DNA of 54,828 nt from Candidatus Hodarchaeota archaeon (GTDB lineage Archaea > Asgardarchaeota > Lokiarchaeia > Sigyniarchaeales > SOKP01): contig JBHLKA010000003.1 of the NCBI GenBank assembly GCA_048887145.1, positions 1 to 54,828 on the forward strand, in the 5' to 3' direction. The translations under genes were made by a program, and so were the position numbers. A model generated the notes under the pieces. The model had not been told where the DNA came from. It worked only from the letters and a program-made list of their open reading frames with translations, and did no database searches. Each line of letters opens with the position of its first letter. Within the stretch, counting starts at the first letter, position 1. Of this stretch, positions 8,783-17,588 are shown piece by piece.

Positions 8783-9742
8783 ATGCCAGAAGTTAGAATT
8801 AAAACTCCAAATTTAGATGATATCTTCGAAAGGTGGAAACAAAGCGCTGTTAGGAAGGATCGAAAGCATATAGAAAAACAGTTTGGAACAAAGGGAGCTA
8901 TATTCTCCTTAGATGTTATATCTGCCGCGGAATATGTTAAAGACACTATGAAAGAAGCGGCTATTTATTTTGCAGTTAAAAAAACTCTTGGTCCCGCACC
9001 AAAAGGTAAAGAAGAAAATGTATTATTACCTTCAAAATTAGCGAGATTATACTTTTATTCTTTTAGGGGATCTGGAAAAGTTGATAAAGAAACCTGGAAG
9101 GGCGATGAATTAGTACCTATGTATGAATCTATTCAACCTGTATCTTGTAAACGTTGTGGAGGAAAAGGATATTTAGAAGAAAAGTGTAAAACATGCAATG
9201 GGAATGGTAAAATTGAAGAAAATATAGTCGTTTTTGTAGGAGAAGAGCAAAAGAAAGAAAAAAAACCTTTTTCTTATTCATGTAATGTTTGTTATGGAAC
9301 AGGAACTCGTCGTAATCCTTGCAAAGAGTGTGGAGGCTATAAGAGCCTATATAAGTATGAAATTCTACCCGTTCCATTTAAGACAGTAGTTACAGGAGTC
9401 CCAGTACTTCATAGTAGTGCCCAAACCAGATATGAGAAAGAAATGGGAGAAGATCTTCACAAAATGCTTGAAGATGTCGAGGGAATTAAATTTAATGAAT
9501 TTAAAGAATTAGAGTCAAAAGCAGAAGCTTCTTTGGGTTATTGGAATAAAAACATAAAAAGGACCATTAGCTCTGCAGGAAGTGATTATAAAAGTTATCA
9601 AAAAGACAAAAATGTGCAGATAACAACACAAATCTATCTATTTCCACTAATTCAAATGTTTTGTGAGACTAAAAAAGGAAAGAAATTCGAAATCTATAGC
9701 TTAGGTTCAGCGAATAAATTTATGATCTATTCAAATTTCTAA
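8783..9742 (+). CDS. DnaJ-type cysteine-rich zinc-finger protein without a J domain (SSUH2-like)
   Basis: Four CxxCxGxG-type motifs: CKRCGGKG, CKTCNGNG, CNVCYGTG, CKECGGYK. No HPD motif. Confidence 0.75.
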   Translation: MPEVRIKTPNLDDIFERWKQSAVRKDRKHIEKQFGTKGAIFSLDVISAAEYVKDTMKEAAIYFAVKKTLGPAPKGKEENVLLPSKLARLYFYSFRGSGKVDKETWKGDELVPMYESIQPVSCKRCGGKGYLEEKCKTCNGNGKIEENIVVFVGEEQKKEKKPFSYSCNVCYGTGTRRNPCKECGGYKSLYKYEILPVPFKTVVTGVPVLHSSAQTRYEKEMGEDLHKMLEDVEGIKFNEFKELESKAEASLGYWNKNIKRTISSAGSDYKSYQKDKNVQITTQIYLFPLIQMFCETKKGKKFEIYSLGSANKFMIYSNF

Positions 9743-10029
9743 ATTTTCCACAATATCAAATATTTTTTTTTAAAAATTATTATGCCTTAAAATTATATCA
9801 AAATTGAAAAAGTAAATTACTTGAAAGTTTATTTGGGGAGAGCTTTATGCAATAATATTATAAAATTACTTCCTTTTTTATAATTACCTATAATTTTATC
9901 TTTTGTATTTCATAGCATTTATTAAAACATTATTAAAGACTTTTTTTTATCGCAAAATTTATAAATAAACTACCAATATCTAGGTTTGAACTTATATAAG
10001 TTGAATCCTAGAAAAAATTAGAATTAAAA

Positions 10030-10626
10030 GTGAGAATTTTATTGGAAAATAAAAATAGTTTAAAAAAAAATAACTTTTTCGGTTATTTCTTACCAAATAA
10101 TACCTTAACAATTTCATTAATTAGTGTCTTCGCTGCTTTAACCTGTGGATTAACATTCATCGTTCCATTTACCATCCCAGCTACACAAGGTTATATCAAT
10201 CTTGGTGATATTGGGGTAATGATAACAGGAATCCTTTTTGGACCAATAATAGGAGGTATCTCTGGTGGTATTGGGTCTATGATAACTGATATAGTTCTTG
10301 CTCCCATCTACGCTTTTCCTACTTTAATAATTAAAGGTTTAGAAGGTTTTATTGTTGGTTTAATTGCTAATCCAAGAAAGAATTATATAAAATTCAATTA
10401 TAAGGACATTTTGGCAGTTATAGCGGGGGGGTTACTAATGGTTTATGGTTATTTCTTAACTGAAATTTTTCTATATGGATTTCCAGGTGCATTATTTGAA
10501 TTTTTCTTTAACGTTACAATTCAATTCGGTTTAGCTTCTGTGGTTACACTAATTTTCACATTTTTCGCAAGGAAAAATATTATAACTAATTTACCACAAG
10601 TTTTTGACAAAATATTTATTTCATAA
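10030..10626 (+). CDS. ECF transporter S component
   Basis: IPATQGYINLGD, FGPIIGGISGGIGSMITD, PTLIIKGLEG; about 5-6 TM helices. Confidence 0.88.
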   Translation: MRILLENKNSLKKNNFFGYFLPNNTLTISLISVFAALTCGLTFIVPFTIPATQGYINLGDIGVMITGILFGPIIGGISGGIGSMITDIVLAPIYAFPTLIIKGLEGFIVGLIANPRKNYIKFNYKDILAVIAGGLLMVYGYFLTEIFLYGFPGALFEFFFNVTIQFGLASVVTLIFTFFARKNIITNLPQVFDKIFIS

Positions 10627-10646
10627 ACACCAAATAAAGATGGGAA

Positions 10647-12077
10647 CTAGAGCAATGTTATTAAAATATCTAAAGCGTCTAAAACCTTTTTTCCTGTTTC
10701 AGTTATAAAATATAAAACTTTTTTTCCTTCTTTTTTTCGATATATTAACCCTTTAAGTTCTAATCCTTGTAAATGTTGATAAATTGATGCCAGACTTATG
10801 GATACCATAACTTCTTTGATTTCAGTTCCAGTAATCCCTTTAATACTTGAAAGCGAAATCTGTGATAGAATTTTTAATTTAGTAATTATAATAGAACCCT
10901 TTCCAGCTGTTTTCGCTTGAGAAGAGATTGCTTCAAGAATATAAGGAGCCTTTAACCCACTACCAGTAATTAGACATATTATGCTTTCATCGGGATGAAA
11001 AAGGTTTTTTTTATTTAATACTTCCACAGCACCTAATGTTAAAGTTGATGCGGGTTCAGCAAATATCCCTTCATTTCTAATTAGGTTGTCGATCGAATTT
11101 AATATTAATTCTTCTTCAATAGCAACTACAGTTCCACCACTTTCTTTAATGAATTTAATTGCCAAATCTTTAAAGACAGGTTTTTTTACAAAAATCCCTA
11201 ACGCAATAGATTTTTGAATCTCAAGATTCTTCAATTTCTCTCGAGGTTTTCCAATGAATTCATTTACAATAGGGGCTGAGATTTCTGATTGAACACCAAT
11301 TAGTTTTGGAAATTTACTTATAACACCTGATTTTTCCAACTCATTAAAACCTTTCCATAGACTAACCAATAATTCACCACTACCCATTGGAATAATTATA
11401 TAATCCGGAATACCTTTTTGAATAAAAATTTCGAAGGCTAATGTTTTTTGTGCTTCGATTGTTAAAGGATTATATTCAGGAGTACATTGATAATATTCAT
11501 TAAATCTGTTATCTAAGGCATATTCAATCGCATCATCAATAGTGATACCTTTTGTTTCTAGTTCTGAATTATATGCGATCATCTGAGCTTTTTTCCCGAT
11601 ATCGATTTGATTAGGGATTATATTTATGCATTTCATTCCTTCTAATGAAGCATAGGCGGCTATAGATGCTCCCTGATTACCATTTGATGCGCAAACTACT
11701 TTATTATAATCCCAATTTCTTGCATGAGATATTAACAAAGCACCTACACGATCTTTAAATGAACTAGTAGGATTTTGAGTTTCATCTTTAAAACTTAATT
11801 TATTTAATCCTAAATTCTTTCCAATCTTTTCAGAATTCTTGCAAGGCGTTCCTCCTTCTCCCAATGTAACAATGAAGTCTTTGGGAATTTTGGGCAAACT
11901 AAAACTAAAGTCCCAAAATTTAAATGATTTACTGATTTTAGAAAAATTTTTATTAAAACTACTCAAATCTGTGTTGATCCATAAAAAGCCTTTACATTTT
12001 GGGCATTTGTATAGAATATAATCAAATTTAAATTCTTGATTACAACTAGTACATATTAAATTAAGTTGAGTTGAGAT
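10647..12077 (-). CDS. thrC: Threonine synthase-like PLP enzyme with N-terminal zinc ribbon and C-terminal winged-helix domain
   Basis: VTLGEGGTP, KDETQNPTSSFKDR, ASNGNQG, PMGSGEL, EGIFAEPAS, LITGSGLK; C-terminal SIYQHLQGLELKGLI..LYFITETG wHTH. The frame stays open upstream of TTG 11966 through CTSC..CPKC. The start at 12077 is proposed (see findings). Confidence 0.8.
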   Translation of the reverse strand: MSTQLNLICTSCNQEFKFDYILYKCPKCKGFLWINTDLSSFNKNFSKISKSFKFWDFSFSLPKIPKDFIVTLGEGGTPCKNSEKIGKNLGLNKLSFKDETQNPTSSFKDRVGALLISHARNWDYNKVVCASNGNQGASIAAYASLEGMKCINIIPNQIDIGKKAQMIAYNSELETKGITIDDAIEYALDNRFNEYYQCTPEYNPLTIEAQKTLAFEIFIQKGIPDYIIIPMGSGELLVSLWKGFNELEKSGVISKFPKLIGVQSEISAPIVNEFIGKPREKLKNLEIQKSIALGIFVKKPVFKDLAIKFIKESGGTVVAIEEELILNSIDNLIRNEGIFAEPASTLTLGAVEVLNKKNLFHPDESIICLITGSGLKAPYILEAISSQAKTAGKGSIIITKLKILSQISLSSIKGITGTEIKEVMVSISLASIYQHLQGLELKGLIYRKKEGKKVLYFITETGKKVLDALDILITLL

Positions 12078-12143
12078 AGTATAGTGACCTCTTTTTTTTT
12101 AATATCTTTACTGATTTATTCTTAAAAAATATTATCAATACTT

Positions 12144-12626
12144 TTATTTTATATCATTAGAAGCATAAGCTGCTAGAATTTCCCCATAAAAATAATGATG
12201 GCTGCTTAGATCTGATTTATTATCTTGAATTATCTTGCATTCATAATTTAATAAACAATCTTTTATAGTAGGCACTATTGTTTTTTGTCCTGGAATAGTT
12301 ATTAGTCTAGCTATTTGAAATTTATCTGTATTTCTCCCTGAATAAGATCCTGCCATCTCAACAGCATCATATATCTTATCTGAAGGAATATTTATCGTGA
12401 ATTCATTTACACCTTTAGTTAATAAGGTATAAGTATATCTACTATAGTCTACTTGGGCTCTAATAACTGGTTTACCTTCTATTTCTTCCATTTTTTTCCA
12501 GTCCAAAGCCATCACATTTAATTTTCCCTTTTTATCCATAGTTACCATTAAAGCAGTACTTCTTCTAAAATACTCCATATATTCAAAGGGATTAATTTCT
12601 TTTCTACTTTTTACCAACCTTTGCAA
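12144..12626 (-). CDS. Flavin reductase-like FMN-binding protein (flavoredoxin family)
   Basis: NVMALDW, SRYTY, EFTINIP, GSYSGRNTDKF, YECKI, HHYFYGEI. Confidence 0.88.
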   Translation of the reverse strand: MQRLVKSRKEINPFEYMEYFRRSTALMVTMDKKGKLNVMALDWKKMEEIEGKPVIRAQVDYSRYTYTLLTKGVNEFTINIPSDKIYDAVEMAGSYSGRNTDKFQIARLITIPGQKTIVPTIKDCLLNYECKIIQDNKSDLSSHHYFYGEILAAYASNDIK

Positions 12627-12647
12627 TCCTCACTCAATTAAGTGAAA

Positions 12648-12887
12648 TTACGGTTTAAAAGGATGATCGTGAATAACTTTATCAATTGCTTCCAAACAAG
12701 CTTCTTCCCAATCGTTATCTGGATCTATATTTTTACTACAATCTGGGCACCAATCATCAGAATACCCTTCATCCCAATCGTCTTCTTCTAAATCGCCGTT
12801 TAAGGTGCTTCCACAATATAAACAAACACCATCATCATACCTATCTAAAATTTCTGAAATTAATTCAACTTTTTTTTTGGAATTCAT
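12648..12887 (-). CDS. Small acidic putative zinc-binding hypothetical protein
   Basis: CLYC...WCPDC motifs around an acidic loop; co-oriented between neighbouring genes with coding-like composition. Confidence 0.7.
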   Translation of the reverse strand: MNSKKKVELISEILDRYDDGVCLYCGSTLNGDLEEDDWDEGYSDDWCPDCSKNIDPDNDWEEACLEAIDKVIHDHPFKP

Positions 12888-12957
12888 TTGATTTCAACTT
12901 AATAATATATTCTTATATAATAGTAAAAAAAAGGGAATTAAAAGATTATTTCTTAAA

Positions 12958-13992
12958 TTATTTAATTATTTGGTTTACGTTTACTAAATATTTCTCAGCA
13001 TCTTGCACAATATTATTAATTATATCTTTAACACTTTCTATTGAATTTATAAGTCCAATTGTTTGTCCCAGTAATACTGCTCCATCTTCTATATCACCGT
13101 TATATATCATCTCATATCGTTTATTTTCTTCAACTAACTTTTCGGCTGTTAATTCTGATTCTAACTCTAATTTTTCTTCTTTACTAGATACAGGTTTATG
13201 AGCTAATGCATAATCGTTTTTCCATAAGCGAATTGGGCCTAATACACCAAGACAATACATTGTATCACTTGCTTTGGCAGTAGGAATAACATTTTTATAA
13301 TTTTCATGAAATTCACTTTCTTTTGAAGCAATAAATCTTGATCCCATTGCTATTGCTCCTGCACCCATAGCTAGAGCTCCTGCTAAACCCTCTCCAGTAG
13401 CAAATCCCCCACATGCAATTAATGGAGTATCTGGAAATTTTTGTTTAACTTGCTGAATAAGAACTAAGGTACTTACTTTTTCATAAGATTGATGTCCTCC
13501 TCCTTCCCAACCTGTAACAACCATACCATCTACTCCTGCAGACACACATTTATCTGCAAGCCATAAAGCAGGAGCGACATGAAAATGTTTAATATTTGAA
13601 CCACTTTCTTTTAATTTTTCAAATGATCTATTATGAATCATCTTTGGAGTGCCAGCACTTGTGACGACATAAACGCATTGTTCTCTTATTCTTTGATTTT
13701 CCCTAATAAACCTTGGAATTGCTCTGCAAAGAGTAGGAGCATCTACTTGCAATCTGGCAGTTCTAATATTGAAACCAAAAGGTTTATCTGTATGTTCAAC
13801 TACATATTCCATATTTTTTTTCATTTCATCTATACTGCTTTTTCCGAAGAGATTTGTATGACTTATAACTCCTAACCCTCCCGCCTCAGAAACAGCAACT
13901 GTCAGTTCAGTTGTATAAAAAGGACCCATAGGAGCGGCAATAATAGGATATTTGATCCCTAACATTTCTGTTATATTAGTTTCTAATACCAC
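12958..13992 (-). CDS. Nitronate monooxygenase/FabK-like FMN-dependent oxidoreductase
   Basis: LGIKYPIIAAPMG, AVSEAGGLG, TDKPFGFNI, GWEGGGH, IACGGFATG, AMGSRF. Confidence 0.9.
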   Translation of the reverse strand: MVLETNITEMLGIKYPIIAAPMGPFYTTELTVAVSEAGGLGVISHTNLFGKSSIDEMKKNMEYVVEHTDKPFGFNIRTARLQVDAPTLCRAIPRFIRENQRIREQCVYVVTSAGTPKMIHNRSFEKLKESGSNIKHFHVAPALWLADKCVSAGVDGMVVTGWEGGGHQSYEKVSTLVLIQQVKQKFPDTPLIACGGFATGEGLAGALAMGAGAIAMGSRFIASKESEFHENYKNVIPTAKASDTMYCLGVLGPIRLWKNDYALAHKPVSSKEEKLELESELTAEKLVEENKRYEMIYNGDIEDGAVLLGQTIGLINSIESVKDIINNIVQDAEKYLVNVNQIIK

Positions 13993-14232
13993 TTTTCTAA
14001 CCCAATTTTCCCTTTTAAATTTATATTTATTATATTATTAAACGTAGTAAAATTTAAAATTTTAATCGGTTTTAAAAGAGATTCTAGTAAATAATTATTT
14101 TGTATTTTTTTATGGACTTCTTTTTTAGAATAGTTTAGCTTGAAGAAAATTAATTACTAAATTGATAATTTTTAATAATATCAGAGCTTTATCCTTAATA
14201 ACATTTCTAATGATTTATCTCATCGAATTATT

Positions 14233-15189
14233 ATGTATCCAGATATAATTTGTATAGGGGAATTATTAGTTGAAATAATGCGAAAGGATATTGATAATCC
14301 TCATAGAAAGATTGGTTCTCTATATAAAGGGCCATATCCAAGTGGTGCTCCCGCTATTTTTATTGACTCGGCAGCCCGCATGTCAAAACCATTTAAATTT
14401 TCAACAGGAATTATTGGTGTTGTTGGCAACGATGAATTTGGAGAGTGTATTATAGAAAAACTTCAAATAGATGGCGTTGATATTTCTCAGATTCGAACTA
14501 TTAATAATGAAACAACGGGAATTGCCTTCAATCAATATAATTCTGATGGAACTCGTAAGTTTATTTTTGCAGTGGGAGCGGCAGGTAAAACATCATCTGA
14601 TGACATAAGAAAAGATTATTTCTCAAATATAAGGGCTTTGCATATCACGGGTAGTGCTCTTTCTGTTAGTGAATCCTCTCGGGATGCCTGCTATAAGGCA
14701 ATAAATATAGCTAAAGAAACGAATCCAAATGTTATCATTTCATTTGATCCAAATTTACGACCTGAAATGCTTGATATAGATATTATCTTAAAAGTTTCTG
14801 AACCAGTATTAATTAATACTGACATTTTGCTACCTAGTGGAGAAGAAGCTGAAATGCTAGCAGAAATAACGGGTGAAATTAAAGCATGTAAGTTATTATT
14901 AGAAAAAGGTCCTAAAATCGTAATTTTAAAACAAGGAAGTAAGGGATGTACTATATTTTCTGCGAATAATGAGGATGGTGTAAAAGTTTCAAGCTTTCAT
15001 GTTAAAGAAATAGACCCAACTGGTGCAGGAGATTCATTTGGGGGTGCCTTCATAGTAGGATATTTAGCTGGATGGCAATTAATTAGAGCTGCAAAATTTG
15101 CTAATGCAGTAGGAGCTCTTAAAGTTCAACATTTTGGACCCATGTCAGATACAACCTATAAAAAGGTTGAAACCTTTATGAAGAGTTAA
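14233..15189 (+). CDS. PfkB-family carbohydrate kinase
   Basis: IGELLVE, SGAPAIF, VGNDEFG, FDPNLR, DPTGAGDSFGG. Confidence 0.93.
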   Translation: MYPDIICIGELLVEIMRKDIDNPHRKIGSLYKGPYPSGAPAIFIDSAARMSKPFKFSTGIIGVVGNDEFGECIIEKLQIDGVDISQIRTINNETTGIAFNQYNSDGTRKFIFAVGAAGKTSSDDIRKDYFSNIRALHITGSALSVSESSRDACYKAINIAKETNPNVIISFDPNLRPEMLDIDIILKVSEPVLINTDILLPSGEEAEMLAEITGEIKACKLLLEKGPKIVILKQGSKGCTIFSANNEDGVKVSSFHVKEIDPTGAGDSFGGAFIVGYLAGWQLIRAAKFANAVGALKVQHFGPMSDTTYKKVETFMKS

Positions 15190-17182
15190 ATTTTTTAAGA
15201 TGTAAAGAATATACTTTCACTTGAGTAATCTGATTGTTTTTTATAGAATAAAACCTAAATCCAGGGGGTTTATATTTGAAGCGTGCGGATAATGGACCCA
15301 ATGCATTACATTGAAAGACAAAAGGCTTATTTACATCAAACCATATTTTCAAATCAGAGCTATCTTTAAATCTATCGAAATTTTTACGATAAGTTGAGGT
15401 ATATACTTCGCAAGGTACTTCAATATATATTGGAAAGAACCAAAATCCAAAGTTAATTCGCTCAGTTTCTTGAGCTTCTTTTAATCGATATTCTTTTAAT
15501 GTATGGGTATGACCACACAGGATAAGATCTACTTTTCTTCTGATTATTTTATCAGAACCAGTAGCTATTCTAAGTAAAGTAGCCCAATTATACATAATTG
15601 TCTGATACTTTAAATTTAAAATTTGATCTAATCGTCCTGTCTTATTTATTTTCTTTAAGTTATCTTCATGTAAATCAGACCACTCTAATTTTCTATTCTT
15701 GATTCCTAATTGTTTTTTATATTTTCTTTGTTTAAAATTGTTTAAATTCGGAGATATTGGAGGTGTATGCATAACAATGATGATTTTCTCATTATGTGAA
15801 AGTTGAATATACGCTCTTAATAAATCAACTTGATAATCTTTAATGCCTTTAGTGCTTGGTCCACCTGTAAGTAAATCATGGAGATCAGCAACTGAATCTT
15901 GCCCTGTATCAAGAAAAATAAAAGTATAATTATCTCCTATTCTTAACCTAAAATTAAGATTTGGATTAAAATATCTAAAATAATCTATTAAATATTTATC
16001 TTTTGACTTAAGAGCCGTTAAATAATTAAAAAATTTAATATCATAATAACCTTTAATATCAGGCTTTGTCATACCAAATATTTTATGAATTTGGCTAAAT
16101 CTCATACCGTAATGTTCCTTCCGGTAATCATGATTTCCTACAGTTGTAAAGATAGGAACTAAAATTTCTTTTTTATTGATATATTCAGAGTCTCTTCCTA
16201 AGTATGGAGGTTTCTCTAAACCCCTGTTCAAACCTAGTAAAATTTCCATAAAAACATGAAAGTTATTCTCATATTGATAATTACCCCTAGCTATATTAAG
16301 ATAATCAATTAAATCCCCAGTCATTAATACAAAATCTAAATCATTTTTTATAGCTTTTCTATTTACAAATTCAATAAAAAGTCTTAAACTGTAATTGAAA
16401 TTATACTTAGCATATCTCAATTCTTCGTATTTTTCTTCCTGAAAATCTTCTCGAAATTCAAAATCTCTTGTTAGAACGAATGTATCAACCTTCTTAATTT
16501 TCTTCTTTCTTCTTTTATAATATTCCAATTTAGCTCTTGTTTTTTCTTTAAGAAAGTTTAAGATAAAATCATTTCTACAGGCTATATGAAAATCTGAAGC
16601 ATGGATAAACTCGAAATTTTTCCAATCCTTATTAAATATAGCGATACTATGATAATTTACTTTATTATCGGTTCTATTAGGAATATCATGAACAATGTCG
16701 AATAATAAGAAGTTTCTATTTATTTCCTTTAGCAATTGTTCAATTTGTTTTATAATAGAAATTTCTAATTCAAATTTAACATGATATAACTCCTTTCTTT
16801 TTCCGAATACATTATCTAATTGTAAAACGCAATTAAATATGTCCCAAATAATACAATTTTGTTCTTCCAAAATAGATTGATCTCTAAAATCTAATTTTTC
16901 AATTTTAGAAATTTCAGTTAATTTAATAGGATATAAATCTCCCCTTCTTTGTTGAAAATTTCCCTCATCCCTTAATATTGGTTGAATGTATAGATTTAAA
17001 TGAAAATATTCTAAAATTCTCGTAATAGAATGTGACGGTTTAGTAATTATTAAGGAATCAAATATAATACTTCGATTATACTCATTTGCTTTATTCTTAA
17101 AATCTCCTAAATTGAGTAAAATAGGTTGCCCAAAATTTGGTTTTATTATTATTGGAAAACTTCCTTTTGAAAAATCTAACAT
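15176..17182 (-). CDS. Large calcineurin-like metallophosphoesterase
   Basis: All five motifs present: HASDFH, TGDLID, GNHD, MHTPP, CGHTH. Confidence 0.85.
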   Translation of the reverse strand: MLDFSKGSFPIIIKPNFGQPILLNLGDFKNKANEYNRSIIFDSLIITKPSHSITRILEYFHLNLYIQPILRDEGNFQQRRGDLYPIKLTEISKIEKLDFRDQSILEEQNCIIWDIFNCVLQLDNVFGKRKELYHVKFELEISIIKQIEQLLKEINRNFLLFDIVHDIPNRTDNKVNYHSIAIFNKDWKNFEFIHASDFHIACRNDFILNFLKEKTRAKLEYYKRRKKKIKKVDTFVLTRDFEFREDFQEEKYEELRYAKYNFNYSLRLFIEFVNRKAIKNDLDFVLMTGDLIDYLNIARGNYQYENNFHVFMEILLGLNRGLEKPPYLGRDSEYINKKEILVPIFTTVGNHDYRKEHYGMRFSQIHKIFGMTKPDIKGYYDIKFFNYLTALKSKDKYLIDYFRYFNPNLNFRLRIGDNYTFIFLDTGQDSVADLHDLLTGGPSTKGIKDYQVDLLRAYIQLSHNEKIIIVMHTPPISPNLNNFKQRKYKKQLGIKNRKLEWSDLHEDNLKKINKTGRLDQILNLKYQTIMYNWATLLRIATGSDKIIRRKVDLILCGHTHTLKEYRLKEAQETERINFGFWFFPIYIEVPCEVYTSTYRKNFDRFKDSSDLKIWFDVNKPFVFQCNALGPLSARFKYKPPGFRFYSIKNNQITQVKVYSLHLKKFNSS

Positions 17183-17588
17183 TTCTAATATATATATCTC
17201 AACTTTAAATGAATAAAATTAGCTTAATAATAATTAGTTGATTTTTTCAAATAAAAGAATTTATTTATTATTTTTAGTCATATTAGAAATCTAAGTTTTT
17301 TAGAAAAAACTTTTGAAAATTAATTATCTTAATATATAAATTTATCTATTGAATTCTTTTCTGTGATATAAAAAAATCTAATAAAGTCAAAGATTTAAAT
17401 ATATGAAAATTGTATATCTTATAAGAATCTTAAATTGGATGTTTAAAATGAAATTTTATTTAATTAAACGTCTATTTGAACAAAACGAAATTCATTTTTT
17501 ATATTTAAATGAAAATTAAATTTTAAATTACAAATTCTACTTTTAATTTAATATAGAGTATAAAACATAATAATCAAAATTCAACAAT

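Noticed and set aside
8783-9742. Calling this gene dnaJ
   Set aside because: There is no J domain, HPD motif or G/F region; only the zinc-finger repeats are shared.
12686-13201. 171-aa + strand ORF
   Set aside because: It is antisense to two convincing - strand genes and crosses their intergenic gap, with non-protein-like composition.
17183-17588. Largest AT-rich intergenic gap as a replication origin or ncRNA locus
   Set aside because: No ORB-like G-string repeats, no cdc6/orc1 neighbour and no stable structure are evident. It is consistent with a divergent promoter region.
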